Shown here: piece after piece, positions 9,566 through 18,837 of the stretch
Numbering within the stretch: the stretch's first letter is position 1
Layout of the letters: each line of letters opens with the position of its first letter
DNA from: an uncultured delta proteobacterium
GTDB lineage: Bacteria > Desulfobacterota > Desulfobacteria > Desulfobacterales > JAFDCJ01
Assembly (NCBI GenBank): GCA_963769935.1
Contig: CAVYNY010000013.1
Location: 384,001-448,000, forward strand
DNA length: 64,000 nucleotides
Reading direction: 5' to 3'
The notes under the pieces: generated by a model
The model's database searches: none
Told to the model about the DNA's origin: nothing
Seen by the model: the letters and a program-made list of their open reading frames with translations, nothing else
Program-made: the position numbers and the translations under genes

Positions 9566-10900
9566 TTATTTCAATGGGCTTTCCGCGACCGGTGCCTCAC
9601 ATCCGCCGGCGATGGGATAACGGTAGATGTCACCGGCATAGTTTTTGAGCAGCAAATCGTTGCCCTCGCGGCCCACCACATATTCCGGCAGGAGCGGAAT
9701 TTTGCCGCCGCCGCCCGGGGCGTCGATGACATAGGTCGGCACCGCGTAGCCGGTGGTGTAGCCGCGCAACCCGTGGATGACCTCCAGACCTTTTTCCACC
9801 GCCGTTCGAAAATGCCCCGAACCCAGAATGGGATCGCACTGGTAAAGATAATAGGGCCTGACCCTGATTCGCAGCAGCCCGTGCACCAGACTTTTCATGG
9901 TATCGACCTGGTCATTGACCCCGGCCAGCAGAACGGTCTGACTGCCGAGCGGAATGCCCGCATCCGCCAGGCGGGTGCAGGCCTCCTGAACTTCGGAGGT
10001 CAACTCGGCCGGATGGGTGCAATGTATGCTCATCATGAGCGGGTGATAACGCTTGAGCATCCGGGTCAGCGCATGGGTAATGCGCTGTGGCAGAACCATG
10101 GGCGCTTTGGTGCCGATCCGTATGATTTCGACATGCGGAATCTGGCGCAATCGCATCAGGAGGTATTCCAGTTTTTCATCGGGCAGGGTCAAAGGATCCC
10201 CGCCGGACAGGAGCACGTCCCTGACCGCGCTGTTCGCTTCGATATAAGCGAAGGCCTCCTCCCACTGCTGCATGTGAAAGGCCGCTTTTTGTCTTTGGCC
10301 TACCATGCGGGACCGGGTGCAGTACCGGCAATACGTGGAGCAGAACTCCGTCACGAGAAACAGGACCCTGTCCGGGTAGCGGTGGATCAACCCCGGAGCG
10401 GGGCTGTCGCTGTCTTCTCCGAGCGGATCATGCGATTCGCCCGCGGAATGCACATACTCGCTCGTCACCGGCACCACCGTGCGGCGCAGAGCCTGTTGGG
10501 GATCGTTCACATCGAGCAGGCTTGCATAGTAAGGGGTGATCGCGAAAGGCAGCGAATGACCATCATGGATCAGGGCCCGGCGTTCATCGTCTGAAAGACG
10601 GATAATCCGCTCCAGCCCGCTCGCGGTTGTAATTCGATTTCTCAGCTGCCAACGCCAGTTATGCCATTGGCTGGCGGTGGCTTCGGGAAAAAATTGTTTA
10701 CGAAAATTTTGCGTCCGTGGATTTTCCGGCAACAGCAGGTTTACCGGTTCCCGGGGTAAGGATTTCATCCCGGGTTTTTTTATATTTGGCAGGATATTGT
10801 GTTCGCAATGCTGGCTTGATTCGGCGTCCATGCGGGGGAACGCCGCCAGCCCGGTACCGGGAGGCTCCGCCTCTTCCGTAGAAAAAATAACTTTTCGCAT
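9566..10900 (-). CDS. kamA: KamA-family radical SAM aminomutase (lysine 2,3-aminomutase-like)
   Basis: HRYPDR, CSTYCRYC, LSGGDPL, QTVLL, PYYLYQCD and VIDAPGGGGKIP (PLP lysine). Confidence 0.93.
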   Translation of the reverse strand: MRKVIFSTEEAEPPGTGLAAFPRMDAESSQHCEHNILPNIKKPGMKSLPREPVNLLLPENPRTQNFRKQFFPEATASQWHNWRWQLRNRITTASGLERIIRLSDDERRALIHDGHSLPFAITPYYASLLDVNDPQQALRRTVVPVTSEYVHSAGESHDPLGEDSDSPAPGLIHRYPDRVLFLVTEFCSTYCRYCTRSRMVGQRQKAAFHMQQWEEAFAYIEANSAVRDVLLSGGDPLTLPDEKLEYLLMRLRQIPHVEIIRIGTKAPMVLPQRITHALTRMLKRYHPLMMSIHCTHPAELTSEVQEACTRLADAGIPLGSQTVLLAGVNDQVDTMKSLVHGLLRIRVRPYYLYQCDPILGSGHFRTAVEKGLEVIHGLRGYTTGYAVPTYVIDAPGGGGKIPLLPEYVVGREGNDLLLKNYAGDIYRYPIAGGCEAPVAESPLK

Positions 10901-10976
10901 ACTGTTTTATTCTCCTTTCTGAAGTCGTATTTTATTAACTGCGATCCGCGCCGTCCCTCAATTTACCGAACAGTTC

Positions 10977-10992
10977 AGCAATATATGTGCCA
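10977..10992 (-). promoter_or_regulatory. Sigma54 -24/-12 promoter of the kamA operon
   Basis: Minus strand TGGCAC-ATATA-TTGCT, full consensus, 77 bp upstream of the start codon. Confidence 0.85.
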
Positions 10993-11045
10993 GTATAGTA
11001 TTATTAATAATTACAGGCTATTATAAAATTATCCCAACTCGGCTT

Positions 11046-11192
11046 CGGAACCGCAAGTTCCGAAGTTTCACGACTTTGTTCGACTACCGCCTGTTTAGCC
11101 GCTTAAAAAGCGGCTATGGGGACATTGGCCGGCAACCCGCAGGACGAACTGCAAGTTCTTATCCGGCTCAAAAACAGGAATTGTCATATCTG
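11046..11192. promoter_or_regulatory. Putative UAS palindromes for the kamA promoter
   Basis: Perfect CGGAA-N7-TTCCG at 11046-11062; weaker sites at 11144-11160 and 11176-11192. Confidence 0.7.
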
Positions 11193-11518
11193 ATTTGCAG
11201 CTGTTTGCTGAAACCGGCATTTTCATCGCATCAAAAATCCATTGGCTGAATCATGCCTGTTCCCGGCAAACGCGTACCTGTGAGTGGAGTCATATTTAAC
11301 TTGACAACATCCATCCTAAAGTTGAATATTACCCTGATCCGTAGTTTCCGCATTCTATTCCGAATTTAAACTCAAATCAAAAAATTAGCCTGAAAATAGT
11401 GGGTTATTTATCGCGGCGGCGGTCAGGGGCAAAATTCGCTTCATTTCTTTGCCGCGTGACTTGGGATTGAGAACCGGTAATCTTTCACACTCAACACACT
11501 CAACAAAAGGGGGTTCCA

Positions 11519-12502
11519 ATGAAGAAATGGTATATCTGTTCAATGATCATCGCGGCGCTGCTGGTTTTGACCTTCAGCCCGCAGGCTGCGCTCGCGGCAA
11601 AGAAGCTTAAATGGGCCCACGTTTATGAAACCAGTGAGACATTTCACAAATGGGCCCTGTGGGCGGCTGCCGAAATCGAAAAAAAGACCGACGGCAAATA
11701 CCACATCGAAGTCTACCCGGCCTCTTCGCTGGGCAAGGAGGCCGACATCGTTCAGGGCCTGTCGCTGGGCACGGTGGACATCGTCTACGCCGGTGCAGCT
11801 TTCATCGCCAACACCTACGGACCCCTGGGCATCGCTGAGGCGCCCTTTGTATTTCGCGATTTCGACCACTGGAAAAGTTTTGCCAAATCCGATCTGTTTT
11901 CTGATTTCATCGCCGGCTATCATGATGCCTCCCAGGGCAATCAGATTACATCGGTGACCTACTATGGCGCCCGCTGCGTCACCTCCAACAAACCCATCAA
12001 CTCACCGGCCGACATGAAAGGTTTGAAAATCCGCGTGCCCAATGCACCCCTTTACCTGATGTTCACAGAAGCGGTCGGCGCCAACGCCGCTCCGATTGCT
12101 TTTGCCGAAGTCTATCTGGCATTGCAGCAGGGGGTCGTCGATGCCGAGGAAAACCCGCTGCCGACCATCAAAGCTAAAAAGTTCTACGAAGTCCAGAAGT
12201 ACATCAACCTGACCCAGCATATCGTCAACAATCTGGTTACCATTGTCGGTGCGCCGACCTGGAAGAAGCTGTCCGACGATGAGAAGAAAATATTCACCGA
12301 AACCATGCTGGCGGCGGCCGCCCAAAATTCAGTCGAGGTGCGCCGGCAGGAGGACGATCTCAAACCCTGGTTCGAGGAAAAAGGCAACATCATCAACGCC
12401 GTTGACCGCCAACCGTTCATGGATGCCGTCAAGCCCTTCATCAACGGCCCCAAAGCGACCTGGAGTAAAGACGATTACAATCGGCTGGAGGCCATCAAAT
12501 AG
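11519..12502 (+). CDS. dctP: TRAP transporter substrate-binding protein (DctP/SiaP family)
   Basis: Signal peptide, EVYPASSLG, DMKGLKIRVP, FAEVYLALQQGVVDAEENP. Confidence 0.95.
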   Translation: MKKWYICSMIIAALLVLTFSPQAALAAKKLKWAHVYETSETFHKWALWAAAEIEKKTDGKYHIEVYPASSLGKEADIVQGLSLGTVDIVYAGAAFIANTYGPLGIAEAPFVFRDFDHWKSFAKSDLFSDFIAGYHDASQGNQITSVTYYGARCVTSNKPINSPADMKGLKIRVPNAPLYLMFTEAVGANAAPIAFAEVYLALQQGVVDAEENPLPTIKAKKFYEVQKYINLTQHIVNNLVTIVGAPTWKKLSDDEKKIFTETMLAAAAQNSVEVRRQEDDLKPWFEEKGNIINAVDRQPFMDAVKPFINGPKATWSKDDYNRLEAIK

Positions 12503-12526
12503 CTTGCGCACCAGAGGAGAAAAGAT

Positions 12527-13090
12527 ATGACCGACCAACGACCAGCCCCGGAAGAGAAGAGCCAGGAGGCCCCCGCGCCTGAGAATAACGACACAAATTC
12601 TTCCTTCAAATTCCGCGATTACTCCCTTGAGGACTATCTGGTTCTGATTATCTTCTGGGTGCTGGCCGGAGTCGTTTTTGCCCAGTTTTTCTCGCGCTAT
12701 GTCCTGAATTCAGCCATCACCTGGACCGAAGAGATTGCCCGCTATCTGCTGATTTCCGTCGGCTTCGCCGGATCGATTATGGCCGTGCGGAAAAATTCCC
12801 ACATCTTTGTGGAGGTTTTCTACCGATTCATGCCGCGGCGGCTGGCAATGATTGCGGCCCGGCTGGTTGATCTGATTAAAGTCGTGTTTTTCGGCATCGG
12901 CACCTGGCTTTCCTGGAAGATCATTCCGATTATGGCCCACCATCGGATGGTGTCGATCAATATACCGATGAGCTGGATTTACAAAGTCGTCTTTCTCAGT
13001 TTTCTCATCATGACCCTGCGAAGCATTTATCTCGCCTATCGCCATTTCAAATACCATTACGTCCCTTTGGCCGGTTTTTCAGACAAGTAA
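12527..13090 (+). CDS. dctQ: TRAP transporter small permease
   Basis: Four TM segments, SRYVLN...WTEEIARY, HIFVE. Confidence 0.92.
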   Translation: MTDQRPAPEEKSQEAPAPENNDTNSSFKFRDYSLEDYLVLIIFWVLAGVVFAQFFSRYVLNSAITWTEEIARYLLISVGFAGSIMAVRKNSHIFVEVFYRFMPRRLAMIAARLVDLIKVVFFGIGTWLSWKIIPIMAHHRMVSINIPMSWIYKVVFLSFLIMTLRSIYLAYRHFKYHYVPLAGFSDK

Positions 13091-13109
13091 CACCGCAAGG
13101 ATCGTTTTT

Positions 13110-14387
13110 ATGATCAGTATCCTGTTCATAGCACTGTTCGTTCTAATAATCATCGGCGCTCCGATTGCCATCGCCCTGGGCGGCTCGTCGATGCTCTGGG
13201 TCTACCTGACACAGGAAATACCCGACTTTGCCATCATACACCGGATGGTCAACGGGGTGGATTCCTTCCCATTGCTGGCTGTGCCGTTTTTTATACTGGC
13301 CGGCAACATCATGAACGCCGCCGGCCTGACCAACCACATATTCGGCTTCGCCCGGGCCCTGGTCGGCTGGCTGCCCGGCGGGCTGGGCCACGTCAACATC
13401 GGGGCCAGCATTATTTTTTCCGGTATGTCCGGTGCCGCCGTGGCCGACGCCGGCGGGCTGGGTACCATTGAGATCAAGGCCATGTCCGACGCCGGCTACG
13501 ACACCGACTTTTCCGTCGCCGTGACCGCCTCCTCGGCCACCATCGGGCCGATTATCCCGCCCAGCCTGCCGATGGTGATCTACGGCGTGCTGGCATCCGA
13601 ATCCATCGGTCAGCTGTTTATCGCCGGGTTTATCCCGGGTTTGCTGATGGGGGTGGCGCTGATGATTATGGTTGCCATTTATGCCCACCGGCGGCACTAT
13701 CCCCGGGACGCCGGCTTCTCCGTGCGCGAACTGGGCCGCTCCTTTCTGGTCGGCCTGCCGTCGCTGTTCACGCCGGTGATTATTATCGGCGGCATCGCAA
13801 CGGGCATTTTCACCCCGACCGAGGCGGCCATCGCCGCCGTGTTCTACGGTCTCTTCCTGGGCCTGATCGTCTACCGCTCGCTCAGTTTTCGCGATCTGGT
13901 TCAGGTCAGCCTGGAGACCGTTGAAACCACGGCCATCATTCTGCTGATCGTGGCCGGAGCCTCCATTTTCGCCTGGATATTAACCGAGAACCAGATCACC
14001 GAACGTTTCGCCGCATTGATTCTGAACCTGAGCCACAACAAGATCGTGGTTTTGCTCCTGATAAACGCCATTTTATTCGTGGTCGGGTTTTTCATGGAAA
14101 CCATTGCCGCCATTACCATCCTGGTGCCGGTGCTGCTGCCCATCGCAGTGCAAGTGGGTGTCGACCCGGTCCACTTCGGCGTCATCATGGTGCTCAACCT
14201 GATGATCGGCCTGCTCACGCCGCCGGTGGGCATGGTGCTCTATGTTCTTTCCCGGGTGGCCAAGATACCATTCGAGCGCTGCGCATCGGCGACGCTGCCG
14301 TTTCTGATTCCGCTGGTTATCGTCCTGCTGCTGGTTACTTTTATCCCTCAAATTTCCATGTGGCTGCCCACCATGCTGCTGCGCTAG
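13110..14387 (+). CDS. dctM: TRAP transporter large permease
   Basis: LLAVPFFILAG, IIPPS, FTPTEAA, DPVHFG, LLTPPVG. Confidence 0.95.
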   Translation: MISILFIALFVLIIIGAPIAIALGGSSMLWVYLTQEIPDFAIIHRMVNGVDSFPLLAVPFFILAGNIMNAAGLTNHIFGFARALVGWLPGGLGHVNIGASIIFSGMSGAAVADAGGLGTIEIKAMSDAGYDTDFSVAVTASSATIGPIIPPSLPMVIYGVLASESIGQLFIAGFIPGLLMGVALMIMVAIYAHRRHYPRDAGFSVRELGRSFLVGLPSLFTPVIIIGGIATGIFTPTEAAIAAVFYGLFLGLIVYRSLSFRDLVQVSLETVETTAIILLIVAGASIFAWILTENQITERFAALILNLSHNKIVVLLLINAILFVVGFFMETIAAITILVPVLLPIAVQVGVDPVHFGVIMVLNLMIGLLTPPVGMVLYVLSRVAKIPFERCASATLPFLIPLVIVLLLVTFIPQISMWLPTMLLR

Positions 14388-14400
14388 GGAGATCAAAAAA

Positions 14401-15483
14401 ATGGCTCATTTTCCTTACGGCAATGATCCGGTCAAGCTCGAAAAGTATCGGGCTTTCTGGAACCGGGATGAGATCGCTCGTCCCCTGGTTGGTTTTTCCT
14501 TTGTCGGCTGGTTTCCGATGGAAGAGTTTGCGGTCTGTCGCAATTGGGTGTCGGCGGATTATCTCACCCTGGATATGGTCGAGCCGCAGGATTTCCTGGA
14601 TGATCATGTGCGTCTGGCCCGCGAAGGCGAGATGATCGAAGACGATATGATTCGCGGTGCCTGCCCGACCCAGGTAGCCGTTCCGTTTCTGCCGGCCATG
14701 CTGGGCAACCCGCTGCGCATTTTACCGCAAAACATTCTGGGGGTGGAACGTAAACTGACCTGGGAAGAGGCCTTTGCCGTAGACCTGGATACAGCGCATC
14801 CCTGGTACCGCAAGTACATGGCGTTTGTCGAGGCCCTGGTGGAAAGGGCCGCCGGCCGTTTCCCCGTCAGCCACGGTCCGGAAATCGGCCCCACCGACCT
14901 GCATGCGATTCTGCGCGGCCACAACGAAAGCATCATGGACTTGATGACGGCGCCGGAGAACTCGGCCAAACTCCTGTGGCATCTGGGCGAAATCGTACGC
15001 GATCTGTTTAAGGCCGTCTGGCAGCGGATCCCGCTTTTTCACGGCGGCTGGTTCGATGCCCAGTACTGTCTGTGGTCGCCGGGGCCGATCATCCGCATGC
15101 AGGAGGACGCCACCGCCGTCTACTCCCCCGACTTGTACCGCCGCCTGGTTCAGCCGGTGGACCGCATGCTGGCCCAATCTTTCAGCTGCAACTTCATGCA
15201 CCTGCATTCCACCTCCATGTTTCTGCTGGATGCGTTTCTTGAAATCGAGGAAATTCCCTGCTTTGAAATCAATAACGACGCCAGCGGCCCGCCGGTTGCC
15301 GATATGGTGCCGTACTTCCAAAAGGTTCAGAATGCGGGTCGTTCGCTGCTGATCAGGGGGGCCTTTACCCCGACCGAGCTGCAGCTGCTGATGGATTCCC
15401 TGGAATCTCGGGGACTTTTTCTCAACATCATGGTAAAAAGTATGGCCGAAATCGAAGCTCTCAGACCCATTGTCGGCAGGTAG
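14401..15483 (+). CDS. Uroporphyrinogen decarboxylase / corrinoid methyltransferase superfamily TIM-barrel protein
   Basis: GPTDLHAILRG, QEDATAVYSPDLY, FMHLHS; starts 13 bp after dctM. Confidence 0.65.
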   Translation: MAHFPYGNDPVKLEKYRAFWNRDEIARPLVGFSFVGWFPMEEFAVCRNWVSADYLTLDMVEPQDFLDDHVRLAREGEMIEDDMIRGACPTQVAVPFLPAMLGNPLRILPQNILGVERKLTWEEAFAVDLDTAHPWYRKYMAFVEALVERAAGRFPVSHGPEIGPTDLHAILRGHNESIMDLMTAPENSAKLLWHLGEIVRDLFKAVWQRIPLFHGGWFDAQYCLWSPGPIIRMQEDATAVYSPDLYRRLVQPVDRMLAQSFSCNFMHLHSTSMFLLDAFLEIEEIPCFEINNDASGPPVADMVPYFQKVQNAGRSLLIRGAFTPTELQLLMDSLESRGLFLNIMVKSMAEIEALRPIVGR

Positions 15484-15516
15484 ATGCTGCAGCGGGATCA
15501 GGTAGTTTCCTCATTT

Positions 15517-17388
15517 TTATATTAGCTTATCCTGCGAGCGCAACAGCCGCAGCAGATACCGCTGGGCCAGGAGGTCGGAGCTGACCATACCAAGCACCTT
15601 TCCTTCATCCACTACCGGCATGGCCGAAATCTGGTTTTGCTCAAGGTCGGTAACAATATCCAGGATACTGGAAGCTGGATTTGCTGCAACCACCGTGCGC
15701 GTCATAATTGTTTCCACGCTTTGTTCGCACACATTTTCGGCCACGGCCTGGGTGATATCCCAGGCGGTAATCACGCCGACAAGTTTATCGTCCTGGGACA
15801 AAACAGCGATAATGTTGCTCTGGCTGTTTACGATCAGCGCTGCGGCAGCCTGCAGCTTGGCCTCATAGCTGATGGTGGGGATCGGTGCCATAATGTCTTG
15901 CGCCGTCCGCTTCCGTTCTTTGGCGGCAAGTCGCCCGAGGGCAATATGCTCTGCAGCTTGACTCGGCAGCAGGTCCGTGTCCGCGGCCAGCAGGTCTACC
16001 AGTTCCGTCATGTTGCGCCGAATCGCCGCTTCCCGGTGTGCGTTGCCCGCTGCCAGGCGCATTTCAGAGAGGGCTGCAAATTCAGTTTTATTTTCAGCCA
16101 GCCAGGTATCGACAGCCTGTCGATTGCCGAGCAAGGCCGCGGGAATCTGGAGATGCGCCGGGGTCGGGATAATGTGCTCCTGGGCGGCGAATATGACACC
16201 GCCGGAGTTGACCAGATAGTCATTGGCGATCATCACTCCCCTGCGACGATAAACTGCCCGCTCCATGCGGGTCCGCCCGGCTTTGCGATTCGGATCCGGT
16301 GAGTAGGTATTGGCCCCTTCGATAATGACCGACCAGCTTCCCATCTGATCGACACTCATGGAACAGGGATCGGAGGGGCGCACGCCTAAATAGTCGGCCA
16401 CGGGTGCCGCCGGGATGAAGCAAAAAGACGATTCCCGCAAGAGGTCGTCGGCATCTGTTGAAAATTTGGCGGAGTGGCGATGACCTGGGGGGGCGATTTC
16501 CGCTTCAAAATAATGAGGCGTTACCAGGCTGCCCTGCTTGGCCAGACCGATCAACTCGTTCACCGGCAGACCGGCTTTGTCGTAAAGATAACCATGCAGG
16601 TCGCTGATACCGACAACCTTGGCCAAGGGAAGTCTTTCGAACAATATGCGTGCCGTATGGGCGCCGACCGCGCCGAACCCCTGGATGATGACGGTCAGCG
16701 CTTCCGGAACGGGCACCTTGATTCGGGCAAATTGAGGCAGAACGGTCAGACGCGGCATGATTTCCAGCAGCCGCTCAAGGGCGATCACCAGGCCGCCGGC
16801 CGCAGCCCCGAGTTCATCGATACGGTTGCCGCCCATATCGGCGGGCTTGGAAACCGCGCTGTCGATGCCGTTTTCAACGGCAACCGTTTTCATGTCGGCA
16901 TCCTTGGTCCCGACATCCGGACCGGGTACATAGATGTCGCGATAACGAAAAAGCAGGCGCGCAAATCCCCTTACAATTTCAGCGTGCGCTTCGGGCGATG
17001 TTCCGGATTCGGCCACAATACCGGTCTTACCGCCGCCATAGGGAAGATCGGCGGCCGCATTTTTTAAAGTCATGCCGCGGGCAAGATTGTGGATGTCTGC
17101 CGGAGTGACGTCGGGCAGCATCCTGATGCCCCCCATGGAAGGGCTGCCCATGGCTAAATTGTCCACCACCAGGTAGCCGCCGATTTCCAAGTCGGAAGCT
17201 TCGTCCCACATGCAGGCAACCAATCGCGGACCGAGCCCGTCGCAGTTGATTCCCATGCGCGAGAGAAGCTGTTCGTCGGTGTAAACGAACTCCAGATAGC
17301 ACTTTCCGTTGCGCCTCTCGGTACGATTCTGAATGGCGGTTGCGGGTATATGATCCCTTAAATAGGCTTCCATGCTTGCGGGTATCAT
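15517..17388 (-). CDS. Glu/Leu/Phe/Val dehydrogenase with a C-terminal CBS pair
   Basis: GGIR, MTLK, GGGK, GPDVGT, QGFGAVG, EGAN, NSGGV, then two CBS repeats. Start uncertain (17433, 17388 or 17373). Confidence 0.88.
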   Translation of the reverse strand: MIPASMEAYLRDHIPATAIQNRTERRNGKCYLEFVYTDEQLLSRMGINCDGLGPRLVACMWDEASDLEIGGYLVVDNLAMGSPSMGGIRMLPDVTPADIHNLARGMTLKNAAADLPYGGGKTGIVAESGTSPEAHAEIVRGFARLLFRYRDIYVPGPDVGTKDADMKTVAVENGIDSAVSKPADMGGNRIDELGAAAGGLVIALERLLEIMPRLTVLPQFARIKVPVPEALTVIIQGFGAVGAHTARILFERLPLAKVVGISDLHGYLYDKAGLPVNELIGLAKQGSLVTPHYFEAEIAPPGHRHSAKFSTDADDLLRESSFCFIPAAPVADYLGVRPSDPCSMSVDQMGSWSVIIEGANTYSPDPNRKAGRTRMERAVYRRRGVMIANDYLVNSGGVIFAAQEHIIPTPAHLQIPAALLGNRQAVDTWLAENKTEFAALSEMRLAAGNAHREAAIRRNMTELVDLLAADTDLLPSQAAEHIALGRLAAKERKRTAQDIMAPIPTISYEAKLQAAAALIVNSQSNIIAVLSQDDKLVGVITAWDITQAVAENVCEQSVETIMTRTVVAANPASSILDIVTDLEQNQISAMPVVDEGKVLGMVSSDLLAQRYLLRLLRSQDKLI

Positions 17389-17504
17389 CGGCCGGTTACC
17401 CCCTTTGCTTTGCGCTTCGTAATTTTGAAGCATGTTGACTTATAACAAGTCATTCGAAAAGGCCCTCATCTCCTATTACCCGATAAAACGAGAAAACCAA
17501 AGTC

Positions 17505-18065
17505 TTACCTTCGCTTCAAAACCGACCGGCGCGCGTTAAAAAGGAAATAGGGCAACCGCCCGGCCTTGCCCACATCCCGCGCCATCTCCGTGATGTAGAA
17601 GGCATCGGGATCTTCTATTTTGACAATGTTCAATATCTGTTTCAATCCCCGACGGCGACAGGCGATATACAGCTCATCCACCGGCCCCCGCATACCCTCC
17701 CCCCTGAAAACGGTCACGGCCTGCCCCTTGGCCCTGATTCGATCCGCCAGCGGCCTGCCGGCCGTGCGGGTAAAGACTCTCAAAACGATAAAACCCAGGG
17801 CCAATTTGCGCTCAAGGCTGATTCCGACGACATTGCCGGTCGCATAACCGAAGGCATAGAAAAGGGCCAGGACCGGATGGGCGCCAATCTTATTGATAAC
17901 GGTACTCACCACCGTTATCCAGATGAGCAGTTCACAAATTCCAAGGAAAAATGCGATGACACTCCGGCCCTGAACCGTTACGATCACGCGGACCGTTCCA
18001 ATCGACACGTCGGCAATGCGGGCTGTAAAAATAAGCAAACCTGTTAGGAGGGTGTAAAAATCCAT
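17505..18065 (-). CDS. UPF0316 (DUF5698/DUF2179) membrane protein
   Basis: RIADVSIGTVR, YAFGYATGNVVG, GEGMRG, DPDAF. Start reassigned to MDFYTLL, downstream of the sigma54 site. Confidence 0.88.
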   Translation of the reverse strand: MDFYTLLTGLLIFTARIADVSIGTVRVIVTVQGRSVIAFFLGICELLIWITVVSTVINKIGAHPVLALFYAFGYATGNVVGISLERKLALGFIVLRVFTRTAGRPLADRIRAKGQAVTVFRGEGMRGPVDELYIACRRRGLKQILNIVKIEDPDAFYITEMARDVGKAGRLPYFLFNARRSVLKRR

Positions 18066-18079
18066 TATCTGAATCAGAG

Positions 18080-18095
18080 AGCAACAGATATGCCA
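18080..18095 (-). promoter_or_regulatory. Sigma54 -24/-12 promoter
   Basis: Minus strand TGGCAT-ATCTG-TTGCT. Confidence 0.75.
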
Positions 18096-18234
18096 GGCAG
18101 GCCCCGACCGGGTGGAAAATTCCCCGCGGGCCGCTATGTCCCTGTTCTTAATTGAAAACATACGATCGGCTGGGACTTGAAGAATTAGTTAATAAATCTC
18201 GCAGCAAAAGACAAGTTTGCGATTAACGAAAATC

Positions 18235-18283
18235 TAGAACTCCCAGTTCTGATGGCCGTGAAAAACAAGAACTTTTCTTTCTG
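18235..18283. promoter_or_regulatory. Pair of UAS-like palindromes between divergent sigma54 promoters
   Basis: TAGAA-N7-TTCTG at 18235-18251 and AAGAA-N7-TTCTG at 18267-18283, 32 bp apart. Confidence 0.5.
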
Positions 18284-18459
18284 ATTTGGAAGTGTCAATT
18301 GCTCCGGAGCCGGTCTTGGTTGGCAGGATTCCCTAAAATTAAAATTTGACCGGCAAAAAGTTTAAATTCACTTAGATGTTGATATCAAATCGAATTTCGC
18401 CCAGCCGTTGGAAACTGCATCCCTAAAAAAATTTGCTCTCCCAACTTGGGCGGGACGTA

Positions 18460-18475
18460 TGGCACACGCTTTGCT
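18460..18475 (+). promoter_or_regulatory. Sigma54 -24/-12 promoter for paralog B
   Basis: TGGCAC-ACGCT-TTGCT, full consensus. Confidence 0.8.
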
Positions 18476-18558
18476 CATTTAGTTGGTCGGCGAAAAATGG
18501 ATAAACAAATTCCCGCAAAATCCGGTGTCCGGCTGGAACACAACTTGAGACCAGAATA

Positions 18559-18837
18559 ATGAAAAAACCGCAAAACCCGGAAGTCACCGGCATCATCATG
18601 CCGAATAATTGGGATAAGAACGGCAATGTCATTCAAATTGCAATTTACACAAATGAAGAAGAGATCTATCTCGTGGAACACAACCACCTGGGGCAGGAGC
18701 TTTTGAATCATATCAACCGCAGGGTCGCGGTCAGAGGCAAAAAAAGGGAACGCCTGGACGGCAACAGCTATATTGCTGTTCAAAAATATATTGTCCTGGA
18801 AGAGATAGTCGAAGACGAAACTTTAATGAAATCATAG
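18559..18837 (+). CDS. Small hypothetical beta-strand (OB-fold-like) protein, paralog B
   Basis: GIIMPNNWDKNGNVIQIAIYTNEEEIYLVE closely matches paralog C (GIVIPSDWDSNGNVISLSIATRDEEEYIIE). Confidence 0.82.
   Translation: MKKPQNPEVTGIIMPNNWDKNGNVIQIAIYTNEEEIYLVEHNHLGQELLNHINRRVAVRGKKRERLDGNSYIAVQKYIVLEEIVEDETLMKS

Noticed and set aside
9566..10900. EpmB or glutamate 2,3-aminomutase assignment
   Set aside because: No efp or epmA nearby, the protein is longer than typical EpmB, and lysine-type Asp residues are retained.
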